From contig NZ_CP060530.1 in NCBI RefSeq assembly GCF_016806735.1, forward strand, positions 150,001-182,000: DNA of 32,000 bases, read 5' to 3'. The position numbers were made by a program, and so were the translations under genes. Numbering within the stretch: position 1 is the first letter of the stretch; every line of letters starts with the position of its first letter. The notes beneath the pieces are model-generated. The model searched no databases, was not told where the DNA came from, and worked only from the letters and a program-made list of their open reading frames with translations. This DNA comes from Candidatus Micrarchaeum sp. Lineage in GTDB: Archaea > Micrarchaeota > Micrarchaeia > Micrarchaeales > Micrarchaeaceae. Shown one piece after another: positions 9,139 through 17,392 of the stretch.

Positions 9139-10242
9139 ATGGACAAAAAGGAAGCCGTAAGTCAAAGGCTCGAAGAACTTGAAGAAGAACTTTCGAAGAC
9201 AAAGGACAACAAGGCCACCAACAAGCATCTTGCAAAGCTGCGTTCCAAGGTCGCCGAGGCGCGCCGCGACCTGGTAGAAGCGGGAAAACGGCAGCACGGC
9301 AAGGGTTTTTTCATAAAAAAGACCGGGGATTCCACAATATCGCTTCTCGGATTCCCGAGCGCCGGAAAGTCATCCCTGCTTAACATGCTTACAAATTCGA
9401 GGTCAAAAACCGCAGCATACGCGTTTACAACGACAACGATAATACCCGGGACCATGATATACAACGGCGCTCACATACAGGTGCTGGACATGCCTGGCAT
9501 AATAGAAGACGCGCATCTCGGCAAGGGCGGCGGAAAGGCCGTGATAGCGCAGATGCGCGTTTCGGACCTTGTGGTCTTTGTGATAGATGCTACCAACGCC
9601 TGGCAGCTTGACGCACTTATGACGGAACTGAAGGGCCTCAATATACACATAAATGAGCAAAAACCCCGCATTTCGATAATAAAGAAGAATGATGCCAACG
9701 GGATAATGCTGGAAGTAAACAAATCCGGGCTGCTCGAGGATGACATAAAGGCAATTCTCAATGCATTTGGCATATTCAAGGCAATAGTCAAGATATGGGA
9801 CAGGGTAAATGAGGACGATCTTATAGCGATAATATCCGAAAAGGCATATTACATGAGGGGCATAATAGCCCTGAACAAGGTAGACCTGCTGGGGCAGAAC
9901 AAAAACATACAATCGGATATTTCAAAGCGCTACCCAATGCAGGTTTTTCCGATAAGTGCAACTACTGGCCATGGAATAAACGAATTGAAAGTAGGGATAT
10001 ACGAGAATCTTGGTATAATGAGGATATTCCTAAAACCTAAAATAGGTGGAGATTCAGAACCAATTATAATAAGTAAGAATGCCACCGTCGGTGAACTGGC
10101 CGGAAAAATACACACGTCAATAGTTGACGAGCTAAAATGCGCATTTGTTGACGGCCCCAGCGTGAAATTCAGGAACCAGCGCGTAGGGGTAAAGCACGTA
10201 CTGCGTGACAGGGACACTGTTACGTTCATAAAGGAAAGATGA
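9139..10242 (+). CDS. DRG-family (Obg-like) GTPase with C-terminal TGS domain
   Basis: 367 aa. The N-terminal region ...KTKDNKATNKHLAKLRSKVA is the DRG hallmark. G1 is GFPSAGKSSLLN and G3 is DMPGII. The C-terminal TGS-like region is IFLKPK...RDRDTVTF. Confidence 0.9.
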   Translation: MDKKEAVSQRLEELEEELSKTKDNKATNKHLAKLRSKVAEARRDLVEAGKRQHGKGFFIKKTGDSTISLLGFPSAGKSSLLNMLTNSRSKTAAYAFTTTTIIPGTMIYNGAHIQVLDMPGIIEDAHLGKGGGKAVIAQMRVSDLVVFVIDATNAWQLDALMTELKGLNIHINEQKPRISIIKKNDANGIMLEVNKSGLLEDDIKAILNAFGIFKAIVKIWDRVNEDDLIAIISEKAYYMRGIIALNKVDLLGQNKNIQSDISKRYPMQVFPISATTGHGINELKVGIYENLGIMRIFLKPKIGGDSEPIIISKNATVGELAGKIHTSIVDELKCAFVDGPSVKFRNQRVGVKHVLRDRDTVTFIKER

Positions 10243-10286
10243 GCCCAAGTCAGCCCATGGATAAAAATATATGCTTATAATCAGAT

Positions 10287-10745
10287 ATGTCTGCGGAGGT
10301 AAAAATGGCGATAAAATATTGGGAATTCGAAGATGCGCCTTTCAGGGAGAAGGTCAAGAACCCAAAGGTTGCGGACATTGCAAGGATATTCTTCGAAAAC
10401 GAAACCGAGGCGTACAGGTTCGCCGTACTCTTAAGCATGGCAAAGAAGGGCGGGTTAAGGCTCAAGGATGTCCCTGAAGGAATACCGGTCGCCACGGCAA
10501 AGAGATACCTGGATTATGCAGTCCAACTGGGCCTGCTGAAGCACGAAAATTCAATATACGAGCTTACGGACAGGTATTCTAAGCCTTTTAGGAACATAGC
10601 ATCTTACATAAAGGCATGGATGGAGACGCCTTTGGAAGAGGATCTCTCGACAGAGTTTGTTAATGCGAAGCAAGGGAAGCAGGACAAAAGAGGAGGAAGA
10701 AGCCAAAAAGAAAGCGCGGATTCGGGCCCGGCGGGAATTCCATAA
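10287..10745 (+). CDS. Hypothetical small protein, probable winged-helix DNA-binding fold with a basic/low-complexity C-terminal tail
   Basis: 152 aa. The segment ...IPVATAKRYLDYAVQLGLLKHENSIYELTD resembles a wHTH recognition helix plus wing. The last ~8 codons overlap the 3' exon of the opposite-strand tRNA-Arg. No family is recognised with confidence. Confidence 0.5.
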   Translation: MSAEVKMAIKYWEFEDAPFREKVKNPKVADIARIFFENETEAYRFAVLLSMAKKGGLRLKDVPEGIPVATAKRYLDYAVQLGLLKHENSIYELTDRYSKPFRNIASYIKAWMETPLEEDLSTEFVNAKQGKQDKRGGRSQKESADSGPAGIP

Positions 10746-10829
10746 CATTAGCGAACCGCTAAACTTATTTTGAACCCGCGACCATCAGCTTAGAAGGCTG
10801 CTGCTCTGTCCAAGCTGAGCTACGGGCCC
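10723..10829 (-). tRNA. tRNA-Arg (anticodon UCU) with a 32-nt intron (10737-10768) in the T-loop between positions 59/60
   Basis: Hand fold. Acceptor GGGCCCG/CGGGCCC; D-arm GCTC-AGCTTGGACA-GAGC; anticodon arm GCAGC-CTTCTAA-GCTGA; T-stem GCGGG/CCCGC. The T-stem is split by an insert that forms an hBHBh' motif: H = TTCA/TGGA, bulges AAA and ATT, h' = TAA/TTA plus the TTAGCG-GTT-CGCTAA hairpin. The spliced T-loop is TTCAAAT. Confidence 0.85.
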
Positions 10830-11630
10830 TTAAATCCGTCGAATTAGATTGTGCACGCCAATATTAAAGAACCTTTTCGTATTGTCTGCTATCTTAACGG
10901 CACAGCTTTCGAAATCCATGCCTTTGGCTTTGGCAATCAGCATTACCGACTTGTCAATGTCATATACGTGCATGCCTGCTGTTGGAGAATCAGTCTCTGC
11001 CATTATGTTTGATATCGGTATCGGCTCAATGGCTGCCATTCTTTTTGCTGAGTGCATTGGTGGCACTGAGACCATAAATCCCATTTTTGCCACCCTTTCA
11101 GCCTGCTCTGCATTCCCTTCAAAAAAGTGGATATGGGCCTTCTTTATCGCTGATGCGCCGAGAATATCCAAGACGTCGTCCAACGCGTCCCTAGAATGGA
11201 CGCTGGCGGGCTTGTCGAGCTCTATCGCAAGATTCACGAACTTTTTGAAGACTTCTTTTTGCCTTTCCCTATCCTTTTCGCTGTTTGCAAATTTGTAATC
11301 AAGCCCTATCTCTCCTACTGCGGATACGCTCTTTGCATTGGCCCTTACCAAGTTTACGTTGTAATCGATCTCGTTATCAGTCATTTTCAGGGCATTTTCG
11401 GGATGGACGCCCAAAGCCGCGAACACTCCCGAACGCCATCTTTCTCCCATTATTGACATGTTTGACTTGGTGTCTACCCCGTTGACTATCAAGGCCGTGA
11501 CTCCGCGGCTGTTTGCTATGTCCAGCTCCTCATCGCTAAGAAAGTCCGGATGGCAATGTGCATCTATCAACTCCAGCTTCTGCTTGTACTTGAAGTCTTC
11601 ATTTTTAGCGCTAAGCTGCGTTAATGCCAT
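10830..11630 (-). CDS. tatD: TatD-family metal-dependent hydrolase/DNase
   Basis: 266 aa. Motifs: IDAHCHPDF, GEIGLDY, SVHSRDA, HIHFFEG. The stop codon directly abuts the 5' end of tRNA-Arg. Confidence 0.85.
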   Translation of the reverse strand: MALTQLSAKNEDFKYKQKLELIDAHCHPDFLSDEELDIANSRGVTALIVNGVDTKSNMSIMGERWRSGVFAALGVHPENALKMTDNEIDYNVNLVRANAKSVSAVGEIGLDYKFANSEKDRERQKEVFKKFVNLAIELDKPASVHSRDALDDVLDILGASAIKKAHIHFFEGNAEQAERVAKMGFMVSVPPMHSAKRMAAIEPIPISNIMAETDSPTAGMHVYDIDKSVMLIAKAKGMDFESCAVKIADNTKRFFNIGVHNLIRRI

Positions 11631-11705
11631 AAAAATATCCTCAAGTTAAAAACATACTACAAAAGATTATATATTCTTTATTTTAAAATATACTTAAATA
11701 CGGTT

Positions 11706-12707
11706 TTGGTAATGGAATCCCGAATGCCTGATAGAAAGCCTAAATCCAAGGCACGCCACATTAATCAGTCTGTTGCGGAACTTTCGAGGCAGAAGAATTA
11801 CTACAAGTGGAGTAGCATAGTTCTTTTGATCATAGTAATAATCCTCGCATTCTCAATTGCAAATCCGCTCAAGCCTGCGAATGAGCATTTCGGCTCAAGA
11901 CTTACCAACATAGACGTCCCATTCAGCCCTCAATACTTGTCGATAATAAACAATGCCCCTAATTCATATTTCAACACTGCAGCCCTGAAGCTTCTCAACG
12001 GTTCACTAACAGATGAGATAATAGACACGCCCCCTACTTTAAAGTCAAATAATACTTTCGTGGTAAACGGAAAGCCCAGCGTGATATATATAGGCGCAAT
12101 CTCCTGCGTATTCTGCGGAGAGAACAGGTGGGCGATGGCACTTGCCCTGTCGCGCTTTGGCAATTTTTCGAAGCTGTACGAAGGCTACAGCAGCTTCGGC
12201 GACCATGACGTTCCTACTATATATTGGAACAATGACAACTACACAATTCCAGAGGGAGTTGGCTTCGGCAACTACTACAGCAGCAAATATGTAAACTTCA
12301 TATCGGCAGACTATGAATCCCCAATAGTGGACGGATTTGAGGTACAGCCTCTATCCTATTTTGTAAGCCAAGCACCTAATGCCACGTACAAGTCGGCAAT
12401 GTCATTCATGAACTCTACTAACGATTTCCAAGGCACGCCGTTTACCTTCTGGGGAAAAGTTCTTGTTCCAGGGGCTACCGGGATAGTTTTCGGAAATACA
12501 ACCCCTGATACGTCAACCCTTCCACTGACAAACGAAACGCACGCACAGGTATTGTCACAGCTCAAGAACTTCAACGATCAGTTCGCCTGGGGCGAGTACG
12601 CGGCTGCTGACGTATATGTGGCCTACCTGTGCCCATCGCTTAATAATACTCCGCCGGTTTGCCAGTTGCAGGGAATAAAGGATCTTGAGTCTGCCATGGG
12701 TGTTTGA
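11706..12707 (+). CDS. DUF929-family thioredoxin-like protein, N-terminally membrane-anchored and predicted extracytoplasmic
   Basis: 333 aa; TTG at 11706 or ATG at 11712. It has one N-terminal TM helix. The DUF929 hallmark is GKPSVIYIGAISCVFCGENRWAMALALSRFGNFSKL, which contains a CxxC. I count about 9 N-x-S/T sequons. Confidence 0.75.
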   Translation: MVMESRMPDRKPKSKARHINQSVAELSRQKNYYKWSSIVLLIIVIILAFSIANPLKPANEHFGSRLTNIDVPFSPQYLSIINNAPNSYFNTAALKLLNGSLTDEIIDTPPTLKSNNTFVVNGKPSVIYIGAISCVFCGENRWAMALALSRFGNFSKLYEGYSSFGDHDVPTIYWNNDNYTIPEGVGFGNYYSSKYVNFISADYESPIVDGFEVQPLSYFVSQAPNATYKSAMSFMNSTNDFQGTPFTFWGKVLVPGATGIVFGNTTPDTSTLPLTNETHAQVLSQLKNFNDQFAWGEYAAADVYVAYLCPSLNNTPPVCQLQGIKDLESAMGV

Positions 12708-13235
12708 ATGGGTGTTTACGAAACGTTTAGGGCGCTTTACATAAGAAAGCCAAAATACATTGCACTGAACATCGCAGCCTTTTTCATATACTACTTCGTG
12801 ATGAGGGGCATAGTCCTTATCGACAACAAGATAATACTTTTCAACAACAATGCCTCAGAATACCTGTTCTATCTGATAGCAATAACCTCATCGGTTCTCG
12901 TCACATTGGCCATATATTCTGCCTTCAATACGAAAAACAACAGAGCCAAGGTATCTGCGCCGGTCTCCGGGAGCGCAGTGGCTCTGGCCGGAAGTTTCGC
13001 GGTAAGCTGCGGTTGCAGCTTCTCTGCACTTTCGTATCTTGCCGTAATAGGGCTGAGTACAGGCTCGATTATAAGCCTAGACACAACTATAGCGAATTAC
13101 GAGACTCCGCTAATGCTTGCTGCGCTCGTACTAAACCTTGTAATACTTGGGTACTATTCAAGCAAGCTTTCAAAACCCTCATGCGCAATAAGGAAGCCCA
13201 AGAAATCAGGGAATAGTCGAAAACAGGTAAGATGA
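12708..13235 (+). CDS. Hypothetical integral membrane protein (about 4 TM helices) with an intramembrane C-G-C motif
   Basis: 175 aa. Its ATG immediately follows the upstream TGA. The predicted TM3 is GSAVALAGSFAVSCGCSFSALSYLAVIG. The C-terminal tail is basic. Confidence 0.6.
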   Translation: MGVYETFRALYIRKPKYIALNIAAFFIYYFVMRGIVLIDNKIILFNNNASEYLFYLIAITSSVLVTLAIYSAFNTKNNRAKVSAPVSGSAVALAGSFAVSCGCSFSALSYLAVIGLSTGSIISLDTTIANYETPLMLAALVLNLVILGYYSSKLSKPSCAIRKPKKSGNSRKQVR

Positions 13236-13236
13236 A

Positions 13237-14412
13237 ATGGCAGCAAAACGCCAAAATGACAAGAAAAGAAAACGGCAAATACATCAAGCCCATGCAAAAA
13301 ACCCTTCAACATCAAGTGCAGCAGATAAAAATCCAAGAAAAGCCGGCGCTGCAAAAATTGCTAAATCCAAGGTGCAAAAGCGCAGCCTGTCCACAAAAAA
13401 AGTCCAGAAAGCAGGCAAGGTTAAATTGCCGCGCGCAAAAAGAGAAGTCGAGCCTCAGGTGGCGAATTACACTCCGGAGCCTCCAGATTCATACAACCAT
13501 GCAATCATAAAGAACCTGCTCGCACAGCGCAGCGGCGATGAAAGCTTCGTTTCTTCAGAGGCCATAATGTTTTCAAAGCTCATCATGTATTTGAGCATGC
13601 CTGCAAGTGAGCAATACCGGTCAGGATTCAGGCTAGGCAAGCTGTATTACAGCCAAGCCGTAAGCTCAAGGCCCAAATGGTACGAAGATTCAATCCCTGA
13701 GCTCGCGAAGTTTTTCCAGAAGCTAGGCTATGCTGCAAAATACGGGATATCAAGGCATGGCAGTCCTACCATAACTTTAAAATCGAATTCAAGCATTAAG
13801 CTCGGCTTCAACGTTCATTCGTTTGAGGCAGGCATAATATCTGGTTTTCTCAGCAGCGCCAGGAACTCTTATATGGCAATGCACGAAAGCGAGTGTGCAT
13901 GCAATGGCGCGGAAGAATGCGTATTCGAGCCAGGCCAAAAGGACGAATCTATAATAAATAAAAATACGTTGATGAGGAATTTTGCAAAGCATCTCGCCAC
14001 TTCCCACATCAAAAAGAGGGAACACGGGGATTTCTCTTGGATATACAACGCGATTATACTCTCAACAGTAAAGCACGTAAGAGGTCCGATTCCAGAAATG
14101 CGCCTTCTGGGCGAATACGCCAATAAGGAATTCGGTTTCGATGAGTCAAATTCCGGGAACCCTGTGCGCATGATTTCAGAAATAATGCGCTCAGTATCTG
14201 CTTCAAGCAACTCCGAATACGATAAATCTGCGATAAAATTTACCTTCGATCCCCTTAATTCGGATTCACGCTATATGGACTCTCTGGAAAAGTTTGCTTC
14301 AGGCCTGACCAACGGCGCAGCCAAAATATCCATAAATCTCTCAAACACTGGGCTTTCCTATGACCTTGTGATAAGCTTTGGCGCAAAGCTTTTAAAACTG
14401 AAGAATAAATAA
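13237..14412 (+). CDS. V4R-domain-like protein with an ~80-aa lysine-rich N-terminal tail
   Basis: 391 aa. Its ATG lies 1 nt after the upstream stop. The N-terminus is KRQNDKKRKRQ...KSKVQKRSLSTKKVQKAGKVKLPRAKRE. The central region FEAGIISGFLSSARNSYMAMHESECACNGAEECVFEP resembles the V4R (4-vinyl reductase) Cys-x-Cys...Cys-x-F-E signature. Confidence 0.6.
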   Translation: MAAKRQNDKKRKRQIHQAHAKNPSTSSAADKNPRKAGAAKIAKSKVQKRSLSTKKVQKAGKVKLPRAKREVEPQVANYTPEPPDSYNHAIIKNLLAQRSGDESFVSSEAIMFSKLIMYLSMPASEQYRSGFRLGKLYYSQAVSSRPKWYEDSIPELAKFFQKLGYAAKYGISRHGSPTITLKSNSSIKLGFNVHSFEAGIISGFLSSARNSYMAMHESECACNGAEECVFEPGQKDESIINKNTLMRNFAKHLATSHIKKREHGDFSWIYNAIILSTVKHVRGPIPEMRLLGEYANKEFGFDESNSGNPVRMISEIMRSVSASSNSEYDKSAIKFTFDPLNSDSRYMDSLEKFASGLTNGAAKISINLSNTGLSYDLVISFGAKLLKLKNK

Positions 14413-14522
14413 CCTAAAATGCTGGTGTTTCTCTGGGAACTGGCTTAAGGATAGCTTACAACTAAAGCGCCACACCAGAAATTCGACCACAGCAACAACG
14501 AAACTCGACAGCGGAGGTAACA

Positions 14523-15977
14523 ATGACTCTAGAATTCATGGACAAGATAGCCCCGTACATACCTACGATAAAGGGTCCGAAAAAACCCCTGTCGCTAAGG
14601 GAAAAGATGTACTGGACCGCAGGCATAATGACTATCTACTTCATGCTTTACAACGCTTATGCCATAGGTGTCAGCCCCACGGCCGTTTCGCAGCCGGTGT
14701 TGCAGCTCATAAGCATAATATTTGCAGCCAAAATCGGCAGCCTGATAACCGTTGGAATAGGGCCTATAGTGCTTTCCAGCATAATTTTGCAGCTGCTTAA
14801 CGGCTCCGGACTGCTAAAAATGGACATGAACGACACTACGCAGAAATCCAGGTTCCAGGCAATGCAGAAGCTCGCAGCCATGTCGATAGCGGTAATAGAA
14901 TCCGCTGTTTTCGTTATAAGCGGGTATGTGCCTGTTATAAGCTCTGCACAGATAGGTATAGTCATATTGCAACTCGCCATAGGTGCCATAATAATCATAT
15001 TCCTTGACGAGATAATGACAAAATACGGAATAACCTCCGGAATAAACATGTTCATAGCTGGAGGGGTTTCGTTCGCAATAGTCGCAGGAACAATAAAAAT
15101 ACTCATACCGGAAGCAATAGCCGCAATACAGGCTGGAGGCGCTGCGGCTCTTTCCAATGCGATAATGGCGTTCGGCCCTCTGTTCTTCGCGATAATAATA
15201 TTTCTTATAAGCATATACGCGTACGGCATGAAGATAGAACTGCCGCTGAGCTTTGAGCAGCTCAGGGGCGTTGGAGGAAGATTGCCAATACCATTCCTGT
15301 ATGTAAGCGTGCTTCCTGTCATACTTGCCACTGCCCTTGAGGAAAGCTTAAGTGTCTGGTTCAAGCCATTGCTCTACAACGTTGGCGGCTCGCTAGGCAA
15401 CATAGCCAAATTCATAGGGCTTTACCAGAACATAGGCGGCACTGTGACGCTCAACGGAGGGCTTCTGTACCTGATATCCCCTGATTTTCCGCTTCCATAC
15501 GCTGCGCCTTACGGAATAGGAAACTATGCTACTTATTTCACTTATCTGGCTACGCACACCACGCAGCTATTCATGCCATGGGGCGGCTTCGTGCTCGTTC
15601 CTGAATGGATACACATGATAATATACGTGCTGGTATTCGTAGTCCTTTGCGTCATATTCGGAAAGTTCTGGGTAGAAATGACCGGGCAGTCTCCAAAGAA
15701 CATGGCCCAGCAGCTCGGAGATATGGGATGGCAGATACCAGGGTTCAGGCGCGACCCGAGGATAGTCGAGAACGTGCTCAACAAATACATACCGACGATA
15801 ACAGTGCTTGGCAGCATATTCGTTGGATTGCTTGCAGCCGTAGCCAACCTTACCGGAGCCATAGGCACTGGAATAGGGATACTGCTTACAGTTGGAATAA
15901 TATACATGCTGTACCAGCAGCTCGAGCAGGAGAGCCTTTTCGAGACTTATCCGATGCTGGACAAGCTAACCAAATAG
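14523..15977 (+). CDS. secY: Preprotein translocase subunit SecY (Sec61-alpha)
   Basis: 484 aa with 10 predicted TM helices. The N-terminus is typical of archaeal SecY: ...IPTIKGPKKPLSLREKMYWT. A GGAGGT Shine-Dalgarno-like element lies 5 nt upstream of the ATG. Confidence 0.95.
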   Translation: MTLEFMDKIAPYIPTIKGPKKPLSLREKMYWTAGIMTIYFMLYNAYAIGVSPTAVSQPVLQLISIIFAAKIGSLITVGIGPIVLSSIILQLLNGSGLLKMDMNDTTQKSRFQAMQKLAAMSIAVIESAVFVISGYVPVISSAQIGIVILQLAIGAIIIIFLDEIMTKYGITSGINMFIAGGVSFAIVAGTIKILIPEAIAAIQAGGAAALSNAIMAFGPLFFAIIIFLISIYAYGMKIELPLSFEQLRGVGGRLPIPFLYVSVLPVILATALEESLSVWFKPLLYNVGGSLGNIAKFIGLYQNIGGTVTLNGGLLYLISPDFPLPYAAPYGIGNYATYFTYLATHTTQLFMPWGGFVLVPEWIHMIIYVLVFVVLCVIFGKFWVEMTGQSPKNMAQQLGDMGWQIPGFRRDPRIVENVLNKYIPTITVLGSIFVGLLAAVANLTGAIGTGIGILLTVGIIYMLYQQLEQESLFETYPMLDKLTK

Positions 15978-16160
15978 AGTGCATAATAAGGGTAAAAATA
16001 AAGCTTGCCGGATCCTATCCGGCACAAAGGAAAAGACTTTCCGCAAAAGCGGAGAGCTCAAAGCTCTCCTACCCTGCGCTTCTGTGCTCTCTTCAAGCGC
16101 TTGCGCCTTTTCTTTTTCCATTTCCAGCGCATTCGCCCTTTCTTCTTCCATTTTCTAGGG

Positions 16161-17348
16161 ATGCTTCCCAAAATAACACCTTTGAACATTGCCGCTACTA
16201 AGCTGCATCGGCGTATAGTATTTATCCATCATCCTTTAAATAAGTTCTGTATTCATATATACTGTCCTAATAATCTGTACGGTGTTGCAACGCACAAAGG
16301 CATAATCGCATACATAGTAATAATACTCCTTATAATTGCGCTTTGGTATTTCACCATCGGTTTCAGGATTCCCACAAGAATAACGAGCACGTCAACGCTT
16401 TCAAGCACAATAAAGCCAAATACTACTCCAAACGTCACGACAAACAAAACCACTACGGCCTCAACAACAATATACTACCTGAGCAACTGCGCCGATCTCG
16501 GAATATTCAATTCTACTAGCAACACCATAAACACTAACTACTGCCTTTGGCACGGCGGCACCATAGGCATATGGGTTGCTTCCGGAAGCACCAAAAGCAT
16601 AAGCTATTCAATAAAAGGCATAAACAACATAACCTATCTTAACGGCACGTCTTCGTATTCGTGCGTTACGTTCCTTCAGAATATGACGCTTCCGGCTCAG
16701 GTGTACAACGTGACTTTGAAGACGGGAAAGCCAGGAGGCACATGCAGCAACAAGTACGCATTCATAAAGCTCAATACAACCACAACCGCTCCCTCAAATG
16801 TCACGTACCCTGAGGTGTACAACGGCAATTTCAGCACTGGCGAATACAACGGCTGGTATCTTGCCGACACCGGCTTCGGCACCGCGCCGATGAGCATAGC
16901 AAAGGCAGACAGCGAAGGCTGCTATCTTACTGCGCCATGGGCAGGCTACAACGGCAGCTATTTCGCCACGACATTCAACTGCGGGCTTAGCAATGCTCCG
17001 GGCAATCTGACCTCTAGCCCATTCATAGTATCGGAGCCATTCCTCAACTTCAAGATAATAAGCCCAGAAGACGCCAACATCTACGTCGAAATACTGCATG
17101 GCGGGAAGCCTGCGGAAATAGCGCATTACAATACGTTCAACATATCAAAATTTGGGGCAACCGCCCCGTATACGTTCAGGAACGCCAGCATACCCCTGAT
17201 ATCGCTCTCCGGGGACGCCGTCCAGATAAAAGTAGTAGCCCTGAGCCTAAAGCACCACAATTATGTGGCAGTCACGGATTTCCATATGTCATCCCTTCCG
17301 TCACAGACTCCCGGCATACTCATAAACCTGACGACAGTTTCTTCGTGA
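16161..17348 (+). CDS. Membrane-anchored, heavily N-glycosylation-sequon-rich secreted/surface protein (candidate cell-envelope glycoprotein)
   Basis: The ORF is open from TTG 16005. ATG 16161 or TTG 16182 are the more plausible starts. It has a single TM helix (IIAYIVIILLIIALWYFTIGF), then a Thr/Asn-rich linker and a beta-rich ectodomain. I count about 16 N-x-S/T sequons. No family is recognised. Confidence 0.6.
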   Translation: MLPKITPLNIAATKLHRRIVFIHHPLNKFCIHIYCPNNLYGVATHKGIIAYIVIILLIIALWYFTIGFRIPTRITSTSTLSSTIKPNTTPNVTTNKTTTASTTIYYLSNCADLGIFNSTSNTINTNYCLWHGGTIGIWVASGSTKSISYSIKGINNITYLNGTSSYSCVTFLQNMTLPAQVYNVTLKTGKPGGTCSNKYAFIKLNTTTTAPSNVTYPEVYNGNFSTGEYNGWYLADTGFGTAPMSIAKADSEGCYLTAPWAGYNGSYFATTFNCGLSNAPGNLTSSPFIVSEPFLNFKIISPEDANIYVEILHGGKPAEIAHYNTFNISKFGATAPYTFRNASIPLISLSGDAVQIKVVALSLKHHNYVAVTDFHMSSLPSQTPGILINLTTVSS

Positions 17349-17392
17349 CTGCCAAACAATCTTTTTAAATAGCTGCAAGCGGAATTCTAATC

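Noticed and set aside
15966-16151. A 61-aa minus-strand ORF (MEEERANALEMEKEKAQALE...) considered as a protein-coding gene.
   Set aside because: It overlaps the secY 3' end and runs through three perfect hairpins that look like RNA or terminator structure. Its C-terminal half is non-protein-like. I kept it only as part of the structured-spacer finding.
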